A stretch of DNA of 64,000 nucleotides from Halarcobacter sp. (GTDB taxonomy: Bacteria > Campylobacterota > Campylobacteria > Campylobacterales > Arcobacteraceae). The position numbers were made by a program, and so were the translations under genes. Location of the stretch: NCBI GenBank assembly GCA_963676565.1, contig OY781089.1, forward strand, positions 1,600,001-1,664,000. Direction: 5' to 3'. Within the stretch, counting starts at the first letter, position 1; each line of letters begins with the position of its first letter. This document shows, in pieces, positions 34,890-46,144 of this stretch. The notes beneath the pieces are model-generated. The model had not been told where the DNA came from. It saw only the letters and a list, made by a program, of their open reading frames with translations, and ran no database searches.

Positions 34890-36285
34890 TTTAGTAGAAA
34901 ATAGTTTTGAAAAAGAAGAATCTGAAATTGAAATATATATAACTGATGATATTGAAAATACAAAAGATAAAGAACTTTTAGACCTTTTAGGGTTTGAAGA
35001 AAAAGATGAAAGTGTTATCTTACTTCCTGAAGTTGGAAGAATTTATGTAGGGTGTGAAGATAATGATTATGATAGTATTGCAATTGCAATTTCATGTGCT
35101 ATTAAAAAATTCCAATCTACAAAATTTGAAAGTGCAAAAATAAAATTAGATGATTTAAATTTAAAAGCTCTAGTTGAAGGTGCTATTTTAGGTTCATATA
35201 AATTTTGTGAATATAAATCAGAAAAGAAAAAAGTAAAAAAACAAGAATTAAATATTTGTGTACCTAAAATCACAAAAGAGCTGCAAAAAGAATTCGATGA
35301 TTCAAAAATTATTGCAAAATCTGTTAATAAAACTAGAAATATTGTAAATACTCCACCAGCAGATTATTATCCAAAAGTTATGGCTGAGACAGCAAAAAAG
35401 ATTGCAAAAGAGAACAATCTTGATTGTAGAATTGAGGGTGAAGAATATTTAGAAAAAAATGGAATGTTTGCGATGCTTTCAGTTGGTCGTGCTTCAATTC
35501 ATGAGTCAAAATTAATACATTTAACTTATAAACCAGAAAATGCTAAGAAAAAAATTGTTTTAGTTGGTAAGGGTTTAACCTATGATTCAGGTGGATTATC
35601 ACTTAAATCTGCAGATTTTATGGTTACTATGAAATCTGATAAAAGTGGTGGAAGTGCTGTTTTAGGTATAATGAATGCTGTTGCAAAATTAGGACTTGAT
35701 GTTGAAGTTCATGGTATTATTGGTGCAGTAGAAAATATGATTGGTGGAGATGCCTATAAGCCAGATGATGTGTTAGTTGCTAAAAATGGTAAAACTATTG
35801 AAGTAAGAAACACTGATGCTGAAGGTAGACTAGTTCTTGCTGATTGTTTATGTTATGCACAAGATGAGATTGATGATATAGATTATATATTTGACTATGC
35901 TACATTAACAGGCGCATGTGTTGTTGGTGTTGGTGAATATACATCTGGAATAATGGGAAGAAATATTGAACTAAAAAGATCAATTGTTGCAAATGCTTTA
36001 GCAGCTGGCGAATATGCGACTACTTTACCTTTTAACAGATTTTTAAGAAAAACTTTAAAATCTGAAATTGCAGATATTTCAAATATTGCAAACACTAGAT
36101 ATGGTGGAGCAATAACAGCTGGATTATTTTTAGATAATTTCATATATGAAGAAAATAAAGAAAAATGGATTCACCATGATATTGCGGGACCTGCATTTGT
36201 AGAAAAAGCATGGGGTTATAATCCACATGGCGCAAGTGGAGCTGGAGTTAGAATGACTCTAGAATTTTTGAAAAATATTGACTAA
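34879..36285 (+). CDS. pepA: Leucyl aminopeptidase (M17)
   Basis: VGKGLTYDSGG, MKSDKSG, NTDAEGRL, HDIAG. Confidence 0.96.
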   Translation: MKVNLVENSFEKEESEIEIYITDDIENTKDKELLDLLGFEEKDESVILLPEVGRIYVGCEDNDYDSIAIAISCAIKKFQSTKFESAKIKLDDLNLKALVEGAILGSYKFCEYKSEKKKVKKQELNICVPKITKELQKEFDDSKIIAKSVNKTRNIVNTPPADYYPKVMAETAKKIAKENNLDCRIEGEEYLEKNGMFAMLSVGRASIHESKLIHLTYKPENAKKKIVLVGKGLTYDSGGLSLKSADFMVTMKSDKSGGSAVLGIMNAVAKLGLDVEVHGIIGAVENMIGGDAYKPDDVLVAKNGKTIEVRNTDAEGRLVLADCLCYAQDEIDDIDYIFDYATLTGACVVGVGEYTSGIMGRNIELKRSIVANALAAGEYATTLPFNRFLRKTLKSEIADISNIANTRYGGAITAGLFLDNFIYEENKEKWIHHDIAGPAFVEKAWGYNPHGASGAGVRMTLEFLKNID

Positions 36286-36308
36286 AAAATTTATTTATAG
36301 GAAAAGAT

Positions 36309-37304
36309 ATGATTAAAACTGATGTAAAACCAAAAATTTTAGTAATTGGTGACTTGATGATAGATGCTTATTTAATTGGTAGTTGTGATAGAATTGCTTT
36401 AGATGCACCTGTTCCTGTTCTTGATATTAAAGAGGAGCTTGATGTTCTAGGTGGAGCTGGAAATGTTGTTAGAAATTTAGCTTCATTAGGTGCAAAAGTT
36501 TCAGTTATGTCAGTAACTGGTGATGGTCAAAATGGTAAAGAATTAAAACATTTACTAGATCAACTTGAAACAAAATCATTTATTTTAGAGCAAAAGGGAA
36601 GAAAGACTTCTAGAAAAACTAGAATTATGTCAAATGGTAAACAAATTTTTAGATTTGATCATGAAAGTAAAAACAACATATCTTTTGACAATGTAAAAAA
36701 ATTATACTCTAAACTTCAAGAGAAAATTAAAGCATATGATGCTATTTTATTGGCAGATTATGGTAAAGGTGTATTAACAAGAGACTTTACACAAAAGATT
36801 ATTCAATATGCAAATAAACATGATGTAAAAACTATTGTTGATCCATATGGAGATGATTATTCAAAATATCAAGGGGCATATTTAATTATTCCTAATAAAG
36901 AAGAAGCTTCAAAGGTTACTGGAATTGATATTGAAAATGATGATAGACTTTTAGATGCTTTAAAAGAGATGAAAAATAAATTTGAAACAAAAGAAGCAGT
37001 AGTTACACTAGCAGAAGAGGGTGTAGCAGTTTTAAATGAAAACAATAAGTTATCTGTTCTTCCAACAGTTCCTTTAGAGGTTTTTGATGTAACAGGTTCA
37101 GGAGATACACTATTAGCTTCAATGGGTTATGCACTTGCAGGAAGCAATGATATTATTAGCTCAGTAGAGTTTGCTAACTTAGCAACTGGAGTTGTTTTAA
37201 GAAAAGCTGGTACTTCTACAGTTTCAATTGAAGAGATACAATCTGATCAAACTTATCTTGATAGAAAAATTATTGAAAAAAATTTAAGTTGTAAACTTAA
37301 CTAA
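36309..37304 (+). CDS. Heptose-7-phosphate kinase (PfkB family; HldE kinase domain only)
   Basis: GDLMID.Y, LGGAGNV, DYGKG, DVTGSGDT; no adenylyltransferase domain. Confidence 0.85.
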   Translation: MIKTDVKPKILVIGDLMIDAYLIGSCDRIALDAPVPVLDIKEELDVLGGAGNVVRNLASLGAKVSVMSVTGDGQNGKELKHLLDQLETKSFILEQKGRKTSRKTRIMSNGKQIFRFDHESKNNISFDNVKKLYSKLQEKIKAYDAILLADYGKGVLTRDFTQKIIQYANKHDVKTIVDPYGDDYSKYQGAYLIIPNKEEASKVTGIDIENDDRLLDALKEMKNKFETKEAVVTLAEEGVAVLNENNKLSVLPTVPLEVFDVTGSGDTLLASMGYALAGSNDIISSVEFANLATGVVLRKAGTSTVSIEEIQSDQTYLDRKIIEKNLSCKLN

Positions 37305-37326
37305 AAAGTAGGGAAATCCCTACTTT
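37305..37326 (+). terminator. Intrinsic terminator
   Basis: AAAGTAGGG-aaat-CCCTACTTT. Confidence 0.75.
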
Positions 37327-37385
37327 AAGTAAAGTTATTAAATAAGAAATTTTTTTATTAAATTATTTATGATATAATATATGCA

Positions 37386-39902
37386 ATGAAGTATATAGTT
37401 ATATTATTAGTTTTTACAACTTTATCATTTTCTCAAAATTTAGATAAGGTAAATCTTTACTTAAAATGGAAACATCAATTTCAATTTGCAGGTTTTTATA
37501 TAGCAAAAGAAAAAGGTTTTTTTGAAGAAGAGGGCCTTGATGTAAATATTATTGAACCAACTTCAAATAATGCTATTTATATTAATAAAATTTTAGAAGA
37601 AGAAAACTCTTTTGGTATATATGATTCATCGTTGATTAATTCAGTTATGCATGGTGAAAAACTATCTTTAATAATGCCAATCCTACAAGAAACACCCTTT
37701 GCCTTTTTATTTTTAAAAAGCTCAAATATAAAATCTATCGATGACTTTGAGAATAAAAAAATAATGTTAGATTTGAATAATCAAGAGAATGCTTTTGTTA
37801 AATTGTTTTTAAATAAATTTAATATAAATAAAAAAAACATAAAAGTAATTCCAAGCTCTTATAATATCAATGATTTAATAAAAAATAGAGTTGATGTCAT
37901 TACTTCTTATTTAACAAATGAAACCTATTTATTAGAAGAAAAAGGGATTAAATATGATTATTTAAAAGCTTCATCTTTTGGAATGAATTTTTATGGAGAT
38001 ATACTTTTTACGTCACTAAAAAATGAAAGAGATAATCTAAAAAGAGTTAAAGCTTTTTTTAATGCCACAATGAAAGGTTGGCAATTTGCTTTTGATAATA
38101 TTGATGAAACAATAAAGTTGATTTTAGAAAAATACAACACTCAGGGATTTGATTACAGTAAATATTTATTTGAGGCAAATGGATTAAAAAAGTTATCTGG
38201 TATTAATAATGGAACTTTTGGAAAATTTAAACTTAGTAAGATAAATCAAATTATTAGTAGCTATTTTTTAATTGATAAAAACCTTACTCTAGAAGATATA
38301 AATAATCTTGATATAGATTCCTTATCAAATGAAAGATTTTTTATTAATGATAAATCAATAGTTTTTAATAAAAAAGAATTAGAATATCTAGAAAAAAAAG
38401 ATAAGATTACTTTTTGTGTAAGTGAAGGTATAGAACCTATAGTTTTTTATAAAAATGGTGAATACAAAGGTATTGCTGTAGATTTTTTTAAGATGATTGA
38501 GAAAAAAATTAATAAAAAAATACAAGGGCTACTTGCTATAACTCCAGAAAAATGTGATGCTTTATTAAAAGAGAAAAAAGTAGACTTGAAACCTTTAATC
38601 TTAACTAATTCAAAGGATTATGATTTTTTAAAACCAACTTTACCATATTACGATGGATACTTGGTATTAGCTACAAAGATTAGTCAACCATATTTATTAG
38701 ATATCTCACAATTAGAAGATAAACAATTAGGCTTATTGAAAAGTACAGGAATGATTAATGATCTTATAAAAAAAAGATTTCCAAATTTAAATTTTATTGA
38801 GATTAATGGAACAGTTGAAAATGCACTGGAATTAATAAGAAAAGATGAAATATATGGCTTCGTGGGTATTTCAGATATCATCTCATATAATATTCAAAAA
38901 TACTTCACCCATGAATTAAAAATAATGAAAAGATTAAGTGACTTAAAAAATGTAAGTATTGGAGTAGTAAAAGATGATGATATCTTACATTCAATCTTAA
39001 ACAAAGCAATTTTAAGTTTTGATGATAAAGAAAAGAGAGATATTAAAAATAAATGGGCATATGTTAAAGAAGAAACAATAATAAAAAAAGAGTATTTAAT
39101 TAATATACTTTTTATAATTACTATAATCACTTTAGCTTTTTTATATAAACAATATATTTTAAATAAATCAAATAAACAACTTAAAATAAAAGTTGATGAG
39201 GAAGTACAAAAAAATAGAGAAAAAGATAAAATTCTTTTTCAGCAAATAAAACTTGCTAGTATGGGAGAGATGTTAAATAATGTCGCCCATCAATGGAGAC
39301 AACCCTTAAATGTAATCAATTCAAATGTTGCAGTGATTGACTCAGTATTTTTGAAGCATAAGATTCAAGACAAAAAATTAGAAAATACTCTTACCCAAAT
39401 TGAATCACAAACAAAATATATGTCTGATACTATTGATAGTTTTAGAACATTTTTCTATCCTTCAAAAGAAAAAGCTGAGTTTGTATTATCTAAAACTATA
39501 GATCACGTATTAAGAATAGTGAAATTTGATTATGAAAAATCTAATATTAAAATAAATACAAAAGTTCTAAACGATAAGAAAATCATAGGTTACAAAGGTG
39601 AATATATCCAAACAGTAATAGCTATATTAAATAATTCAAGGGATGCTTTTATCTTAAATGGGATTGAAAATCCTAAGATAGAGATTTGTATCGATAATAT
39701 GCTTACAGTTGAGGATAATGCTGGAGGAATAGATGATAAGTTAATCGATAGAATTTTTGAACCTTATTTTACTACAAAATACAAAAATAAAGGAACTGGT
39801 ACAGGTCTTTATATGGCTAAAATGATTATAGAAAATTCTATGAATGGTACATTAAGTGTGGAACAAATAAAAAATGGAACAAGATTTAAGATTGTAATTT
39901 AA
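37386..39902 (+). CDS. Sensor histidine kinase with NMT1/THI5-like and PBPb periplasmic domains
   Basis: LKWKHQFQFAGFYIAKEKG, second binding domain, TM, VAHQWRQPL, GTGTGL. Confidence 0.92.
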   Translation: MKYIVILLVFTTLSFSQNLDKVNLYLKWKHQFQFAGFYIAKEKGFFEEEGLDVNIIEPTSNNAIYINKILEEENSFGIYDSSLINSVMHGEKLSLIMPILQETPFAFLFLKSSNIKSIDDFENKKIMLDLNNQENAFVKLFLNKFNINKKNIKVIPSSYNINDLIKNRVDVITSYLTNETYLLEEKGIKYDYLKASSFGMNFYGDILFTSLKNERDNLKRVKAFFNATMKGWQFAFDNIDETIKLILEKYNTQGFDYSKYLFEANGLKKLSGINNGTFGKFKLSKINQIISSYFLIDKNLTLEDINNLDIDSLSNERFFINDKSIVFNKKELEYLEKKDKITFCVSEGIEPIVFYKNGEYKGIAVDFFKMIEKKINKKIQGLLAITPEKCDALLKEKKVDLKPLILTNSKDYDFLKPTLPYYDGYLVLATKISQPYLLDISQLEDKQLGLLKSTGMINDLIKKRFPNLNFIEINGTVENALELIRKDEIYGFVGISDIISYNIQKYFTHELKIMKRLSDLKNVSIGVVKDDDILHSILNKAILSFDDKEKRDIKNKWAYVKEETIIKKEYLINILFIITIITLAFLYKQYILNKSNKQLKIKVDEEVQKNREKDKILFQQIKLASMGEMLNNVAHQWRQPLNVINSNVAVIDSVFLKHKIQDKKLENTLTQIESQTKYMSDTIDSFRTFFYPSKEKAEFVLSKTIDHVLRIVKFDYEKSNIKINTKVLNDKKIIGYKGEYIQTVIAILNNSRDAFILNGIENPKIEICIDNMLTVEDNAGGIDDKLIDRIFEPYFTTKYKNKGTGTGLYMAKMIIENSMNGTLSVEQIKNGTRFKIVI

Positions 39903-39913
39903 ATGGAGATAAA

Positions 39914-40591
39914 ATGGACAAAAATTATTCTATTCTATATGCAGAAGATAATAAAAATGTTAGAGAAAACTATGTAGTATATTTAGAGAACTACTTTGAT
40001 TTTATATACGAAGCTAATGATGGCGTAGAGGCATTTGATATTTATAGAGATAAAAAACCAAATGTACTTTTAATTGATATAAATATGCCAAATATGAACG
40101 GATTAGAGTTTGTAAAGAAAGTTAGGGAAAATGACGAAAAGATACCTATAATTATACTTAGTGCTTATTCTGACAAAGAGTTTTTATTTGAGGCAATAAA
40201 ATTAAATTTGATTGAATATTTAGTTAAACCAGTTGATAGAAATGAATTTAAAAGTGTATTGGAAAATTCTATTAATAAAGTTAAAGAAAATTTTTCCGAA
40301 AACCAATTAATTAATTTTACTAAAATAGCTTATTGGGATAGCTCAAAAAGATTGTTTTTTTATAAAAATAAAATGGTTGATTTAACAAAAAATGAAAGAA
40401 TGCTTTTTGAACTTTTATTAAATAATAAAAATCAAATTATAAATCCAAATGAAATCTCAAAGTATGTATGGGACAATAAAGCTGAAGTTAATGATGCTAG
40501 TATTAGGAATTTAGTAAAAAGATTAAGAAAAAAATTACCTGTTGATATTATTCAAAGCATATATGGAAGTGGATATACTTTAAGTTATTAG
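39914..40591 (+). CDS. OmpR-family response regulator
   Basis: AED, DINMP, YLVKP, winged helix IYGSGY. Confidence 0.95.
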   Translation: MDKNYSILYAEDNKNVRENYVVYLENYFDFIYEANDGVEAFDIYRDKKPNVLLIDINMPNMNGLEFVKKVRENDEKIPIIILSAYSDKEFLFEAIKLNLIEYLVKPVDRNEFKSVLENSINKVKENFSENQLINFTKIAYWDSSKRLFFYKNKMVDLTKNERMLFELLLNNKNQIINPNEISKYVWDNKAEVNDASIRNLVKRLRKKLPVDIIQSIYGSGYTLSY

Positions 40592-40650
40592 GGTGTATTT
40601 AAATCAATTTTGAGTATAATCGCGAATTAAAATATAAATAAAGGTCATAA

Positions 40651-41754
40651 ATGGGTTTAGGTGTAGGAATCGTAGGATTACCAAACGTAGGAAAATCAAC
40701 AACTTTTAATGCTTTAACAAAAGCACAAAATGCAGAGGCACAAAACTATCCTTTTTGTACTATTGAACCAAACAAAGCTGTTGTTCCTGTTCCTGATAAA
40801 AGGTTAGATGAATTAGCAAAAATTGTTATTCCTAATAAAATTCAACACTCTACAATTGATTTCGTTGATATTGCAGGATTAGTAAGAGGTGCTTCAAAGG
40901 GTGAAGGCCTAGGAAATCAATTCTTATCTAATATCAGAGAAGTAGAAGTGATTTTACATATGGTTAGATGTTTTGAAGATGGTAATATTACTCACGTAGA
41001 AGGTGATGTTGATCCAATTAGAGATATTGAAATTATTGAAACAGAATTAATTTATGCAGATATAACTCAATGTGAAAAGAAAATTGAAAAACTAAAAAAG
41101 CAATCTAAAGGTTCAAAAGAAGCAGCAGCTATGTTAGTTGTCGCAGAAGCGTTAATGAAACATTTAGAAGATTTACAACCAGTTAAAACATTTGAGGATA
41201 AAGAGAATGAACTTTTCTTACAAATGGACAAAGAGTTAAGATTCTTATCAAATAAAGATGTAATTTATGGTGCAAACATGGATGAAGATTCTTTGATGGA
41301 TGGGACAAATGACTTTGTTGAAAGACTTAAAGAGCATGCAGCAACTGTAAATGCAGATGTAATTACACTTTGTGCAAAAATTGAAGAAGAATTAGTTGGT
41401 ATGGATGATGATGAAGCAAAAGAGCTATTAACTGATTTAGGTGTAGAGGAGTCTGGACTTGAACAAATTATTCATAAAGCTTTTGATAAACTAGGATTAC
41501 AATCATATTTTACTGCTGGAAAAGTTGAAGTTAGAGCATGGACAATTAGAAAAAATACTAAAGCCCCTCAAGCAGCTGCTGTTATTCATAACGATTTTGA
41601 AAAAGGCTTTATTAAAGCAGAAGTTATCTCTTATGAAGATTTCGTTACTCTTGGTGGAGAAGCTAAGTGTAAAGAAGCTGGTAAGCTAAGACTTGAAGGA
41701 AAAGATTACGTTGTTCAGGATGGAGATGTAATGCATTTTAGGTTTAACACTTAA
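40651..41754 (+). CDS. ychF: Ribosome-binding ATPase YchF
   Basis: GLPNVGKST, NYPFCTIEPN, DIAGLV, TGS C-terminus. Confidence 0.98.
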   Translation: MGLGVGIVGLPNVGKSTTFNALTKAQNAEAQNYPFCTIEPNKAVVPVPDKRLDELAKIVIPNKIQHSTIDFVDIAGLVRGASKGEGLGNQFLSNIREVEVILHMVRCFEDGNITHVEGDVDPIRDIEIIETELIYADITQCEKKIEKLKKQSKGSKEAAAMLVVAEALMKHLEDLQPVKTFEDKENELFLQMDKELRFLSNKDVIYGANMDEDSLMDGTNDFVERLKEHAATVNADVITLCAKIEEELVGMDDDEAKELLTDLGVEESGLEQIIHKAFDKLGLQSYFTAGKVEVRAWTIRKNTKAPQAAAVIHNDFEKGFIKAEVISYEDFVTLGGEAKCKEAGKLRLEGKDYVVQDGDVMHFRFNT

Positions 41755-41799
41755 TAAAAATTTTGTTATAATTTATATAATTTCATAGAGGAGTATATT

Positions 41800-42618
41800 G
41801 TGAGTGATTATATTATTGAAAAAATTGAGTCTTTACCTCCATTACCTAAGACAATAATTGAGATTGAAGAATTTAGACAAAAATCTGATAAAGAATCTTT
41901 TGAATTACTAAAAATTGTAGAAAAAGATGCACTTATTGTTTCTACTTTATTAAAGGTTTCAAATTCAGCTATGTTTGGATTTAGAAGCAAAGTTGAAACG
42001 GCAAGTAAGGCTATCAATCTTTTAGGAATTAATTTTACTATTTCTATTGCAATTGGTGGTACAGTTCAAAATCTTTTAAAAACAAATTTATCAGCATATG
42101 GAATTAATAGTGATGACTTTATGAGAGCCTCAAATCTTGCAACTACTCTTACTTCTAACTGGCTTTCTAAAGTATCGTTTGATCTAAAAGAAGAATTAAT
42201 TTTGCCATCTTTATTACAAGAAGCTGGTAAATTTATTTTAGCTGACCTTATTGAAAATGAAGGAAAAACTGAAGAGTTTAATCTGGCAATAAATAGTGGT
42301 AAAGATGTTACTTCTCTAGAAAAAGAACTTATAGGTATGACAACTTCTGAAATTACTGCTAGAATATTTAAACATTGGAAATTAAGTGAAAACTTGATCA
42401 ATGTAATTGAATATGTTGATGATATTGAAAAATGTCCAGCTGAATATTTAGAAAGAACTCAAATCCTTGAAGTAGTTAAAACAATTTGTGATGTAACGGA
42501 TGCCTTTAGTGATAAGAATATTGAAAAAGGTATTGAAAAAGCAAAAGAATATAATCTTGATATTAAAAGTTTAGAAAAAGCTATTGAAAAAATTCAAGAT
42601 AGATTATTAGATGAATAA
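41800..42618 (+). CDS. HDOD-domain protein
   Basis: LPPLP, LLKVSNSAMFG, AINLLG, HWKL. Confidence 0.9.
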   Translation: MSDYIIEKIESLPPLPKTIIEIEEFRQKSDKESFELLKIVEKDALIVSTLLKVSNSAMFGFRSKVETASKAINLLGINFTISIAIGGTVQNLLKTNLSAYGINSDDFMRASNLATTLTSNWLSKVSFDLKEELILPSLLQEAGKFILADLIENEGKTEEFNLAINSGKDVTSLEKELIGMTTSEITARIFKHWKLSENLINVIEYVDDIEKCPAEYLERTQILEVVKTICDVTDAFSDKNIEKGIEKAKEYNLDIKSLEKAIEKIQDRLLDE

Positions 42619-42638
42619 TTAAGACAAAATAGTCTTAA

Positions 42639-45044
42639 TTATTTAAATTCATTATATTTATCTTCATTAGTCATTGCAAGTCCTAGAGAGTGTAATGATT
42701 TCTCTATAATATTATCTTTATAACCCCATGATACAGATATTGTCAAATTTGGTTTAATCTCTTCATCTTTAGTAATAAAATTTAACTCTTTTATCTTTTC
42801 TATGTATTGTCTGTAGTCTTCATTTTTATTTAAAATAAAAGCAATTCTAGGACCATAAAATCTATATAGAGGAATAAAATTATTTATTTTCAATACATAA
42901 TCTTTAAAGAATTCATTGACTTTTTTATAATGGAATTTATTGTTTAACTCTATAAAATCATTGATATAAATCTCTACTAAAATAAACTCTTCTGTTTCAT
43001 CTTTTTGTAAAAGCTCTGCTTGTAGCTTATTTTTGTTATAAAGTGTTGTGACAGTATCTTGATAAATAGGGATACTTTTTATGTAACTAATTATTAAATT
43101 TATAATATTTTGTTTAATATATTCTTTGTTTTTTTGATAAATATTTTCAAAAATATGTTTATATACCTTTGAATAAGCTATTTTTAGTTTATACCCATCT
43201 ATTAATGGAATATCTATACGTTCATAACCTAGGTCTATTAGTATACAATCTTCTTCACATAAACCTTCTACTGCAACAAATGTAAGTCCATAAAAGATAT
43301 CTTCTGAGATAAAATGCTCAATATATTTATTTAAAAGTTGATTATTTAAACCCTCATCATTAAAAATCTTAGTAACTATATTTGATAGATCTTGATTTAT
43401 TTGATATTTTAAATTAACTTCCTCTTGCTCAAAATATTCATTCATCAATTTTTGACCTATTTCAACATACTTTGAATCTGATATTAAAACACCTTCCAGA
43501 TTCATTTTTTGGATATTTGATTTCCCATGATTATAAAGAATATCTTTGTTTAATTTTGCATATTCATTTTCCAATAAATCTTTTCCATTTATACTTACAT
43601 AATAAAAATAGTATAAAGATGATTTTTTGATAGAATCATAATCAAAATAATAAGAAAAATATAATGATAAAGATAAATATAATTTTGAATAAATTGACAT
43701 AAGATGTGATGCAATTTTATTTTCTTCAATATAATCAATTATTTTTTTAATGATGTTAGAATCTAATTTGTCTGATTTATTATAGATGAATTTATTTATA
43801 ATGACGTCACAAATATTTAATTTATAAAATTCATGATAGTCATTTTTAAACTTTTCAAAATTAAGAAGAATTTCCAAAATTTTAGACATTTTCTCATCAT
43901 CGATATTTGGTGCATAAAGTATTAAAGAATAAATAATATGCATATTTGAGCTGTTAAAGTCGCAATTATCTATAAACTCATTTATAATATCTTCATATTT
44001 TTTTGTTTCATAATCTTTATAATAGATATAAGAATAGTTTGATAAAAGTTCTTCTTTTAAACTATCTAGACTATTAAATACAGGTACATTTTTATGGGTG
44101 ATTATTTGTTTATACAAGTTGATAATATCTTTAAATTTTTCAATACTATGATAATCTTCTTCTTCATAAGTTAATTCAAGTTTATATAAAAGGTTCAATA
44201 ATAGTGTAGTTGAAGAGTTTAGAAAAATATAATAGTATTCATGGCTGTCATTGTCATTTGCAAAGTTTGTATTTTTTGATAAGTCATAACCTTCATAAAT
44301 CTTTTCAAAATTAAAAGTAAATTCTTCTATTAAGTATTCACAGTTTTTATTTGAAGCATCAATGTAAGGGATATGAGAGTAATAAAATAAAAGTTTTCCT
44401 AGAATGTTGTTCAAAGTATTTATTTTATCTACATCAAGTTCAAGGCTAAATTTAACAATATTAATTGTTTCACTAATTACATTAACTAAAGGGTTAATGG
44501 TCTTTTTTCTTAGAATATCAATTGAATTTATAGTACATAGTTCATTTATAACTTCTATTAAAATAGTATATAACTCAAATGTTAAATCAAAGTTTTCTTG
44601 ATCTTTATCTTTTAAATTTTGTAGCTCTTTTTCATATTCTCTAAATAGATTTCCTAGGATTTCCATATTATAAAAATTGTAACTCTCAAAAATATCAAAT
44701 TTTTTTCCCATTGATAATAAATTTACAATGATTATAATCTCTTTAAAAACTACTGTTGTAGAATCATCAAGAATATTTTTCATCTTATTTTGAATATATG
44801 AGAGCAGATATCTTTTAAAATTGATATTTGAAGTTATTTCATGTGCAATATCATCGGGAATATTCTTATTATCAATATATAATTCACTAATATAATTTAT
44901 TAAAGCATTATAGTCATCATTTAGATTATCTAAAAAGGAAGTATTAGTTTTTATATTGTACTTTGAAAGTAAGTTTGTAACAACAAAATCTTCTAAGTCT
45001 ACATCCAAAAATTCAGAGGCAGTGCTTTTTTTTATTATAAACAT
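42639..45044 (-). CDS. Large helical protein with a degenerate C-terminal GGDEF-like domain
   Basis: DTVTTLYN..INDFIELNN..LYRFYGPRIAFIL..LTISVS. Confidence 0.6.
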   Translation of the reverse strand: MFIIKKSTASEFLDVDLEDFVVTNLLSKYNIKTNTSFLDNLNDDYNALINYISELYIDNKNIPDDIAHEITSNINFKRYLLSYIQNKMKNILDDSTTVVFKEIIIIVNLLSMGKKFDIFESYNFYNMEILGNLFREYEKELQNLKDKDQENFDLTFELYTILIEVINELCTINSIDILRKKTINPLVNVISETINIVKFSLELDVDKINTLNNILGKLLFYYSHIPYIDASNKNCEYLIEEFTFNFEKIYEGYDLSKNTNFANDNDSHEYYYIFLNSSTTLLLNLLYKLELTYEEEDYHSIEKFKDIINLYKQIITHKNVPVFNSLDSLKEELLSNYSYIYYKDYETKKYEDIINEFIDNCDFNSSNMHIIYSLILYAPNIDDEKMSKILEILLNFEKFKNDYHEFYKLNICDVIINKFIYNKSDKLDSNIIKKIIDYIEENKIASHLMSIYSKLYLSLSLYFSYYFDYDSIKKSSLYYFYYVSINGKDLLENEYAKLNKDILYNHGKSNIQKMNLEGVLISDSKYVEIGQKLMNEYFEQEEVNLKYQINQDLSNIVTKIFNDEGLNNQLLNKYIEHFISEDIFYGLTFVAVEGLCEEDCILIDLGYERIDIPLIDGYKLKIAYSKVYKHIFENIYQKNKEYIKQNIINLIISYIKSIPIYQDTVTTLYNKNKLQAELLQKDETEEFILVEIYINDFIELNNKFHYKKVNEFFKDYVLKINNFIPLYRFYGPRIAFILNKNEDYRQYIEKIKELNFITKDEEIKPNLTISVSWGYKDNIIEKSLHSLGLAMTNEDKYNEFK

Positions 45045-45088
45045 AGTGAATCCTAAAAAGAAGATAATCTATTATATAACTTTAAAAC

Positions 45089-45706
45089 TTACAAACCTTG
45101 AAGTATTATATTCCATAAATAGTCAATCTCTTCATCTTCAAAGGAGATTGTATTCATATCATCAAAAAGTTCTCTTATTTTTTTTATTTTAAATTTTCTA
45201 CTATAAGCACATGAAGGATGGACTGGCATAAAGCTTCTGACTAGTGAAACATCTTTTTTTATATCCTCTTCACACAAAAAACAGTTTAGTTCATTATGTA
45301 GTCTGCCCTCATATTCTAAAAGTTTTAAATAGTTTTTACAAATGGCTCTTTTAGGGTTTTGTTTTATCATTTGATGGGACAATTTATCTAATAGTTCAAA
45401 ATAAAAAGTGTCAATATCTTCCACATCTTTTAGATGTGGATAGAAAAGTTTTATAAATCTTTGCCAACAATATAGTTTCTCATTGTCAAATATCCATTCA
45501 AATCCTAATTGAATCACATCTTTTAGTCTTGGGATAGTACTTTTTAAGTTAGATTCTAGTTCAAAATCAATCTTATACCCAACATTTATATTTGAGTGTC
45601 TTGCTCCATAAAATCTATAAGTTGTGAATATATGATTTTCACTTAAAATTGAAACGATCAAATCATCATCTTTAACCGATTTTATGTCTATAATGTAGCC
45701 TTGCAT
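45089..45706 (-). CDS. recO: DNA repair protein RecO (Campylobacterota type)
   Basis: MQGYII, YRFYGARHS, EGRLH, CFLC..HPSC Zn site. Confidence 0.9.
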   Translation of the reverse strand: MQGYIIDIKSVKDDDLIVSILSENHIFTTYRFYGARHSNINVGYKIDFELESNLKSTIPRLKDVIQLGFEWIFDNEKLYCWQRFIKLFYPHLKDVEDIDTFYFELLDKLSHQMIKQNPKRAICKNYLKLLEYEGRLHNELNCFLCEEDIKKDVSLVRSFMPVHPSCAYSRKFKIKKIRELFDDMNTISFEDEEIDYLWNIILQGL

Positions 45707-45814
45707 AACACTTTCTATAAATAATTTAAAAAAATTATATCAAATCTAAAATAGAAATTTGCTTCAAATAAAATTTATGCTAAAATATTTCAAACATTTT
45801 AAAAGGGAAAATAA

Positions 45815-46144
45815 ATGGATTTTAGTAACGTTAATATTGCCAAGGAAGCTAGTATTCTTTATAACGGAAATATCACGAGTAGAGGTATAACTTTTGAAGA
45901 TGGAAGTAAAAAAACATTAGGAATTATGTTACCTGGTGAGTACGAGTTAAATACAGTTAATAAAGCTACAATAGATATCAATTCTGGTTCGCTTGAAGTT
46001 ATGTTACCTGCTGAAGATTGGGTTGAGTATACTGCACCTGCTAGTATTGAAATTTCTCAAAACTCAAAGTACAAATTAAAAGTTACATCATTAGTTGATT
46101 ATTGTTGTTCTTTTGAAAAGGTATCATACAATAAGAATAAGTAG
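45815..46144 (+). CDS. ppnP: Pyrimidine/purine nucleoside phosphorylase (DUF1255)
   Basis: GNITSR, DGSKKTLGIMLPGEY, VDYCCSF. Confidence 0.85.
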   Translation: MDFSNVNIAKEASILYNGNITSRGITFEDGSKKTLGIMLPGEYELNTVNKATIDINSGSLEVMLPAEDWVEYTAPASIEISQNSKYKLKVTSLVDYCCSFEKVSYNKNK

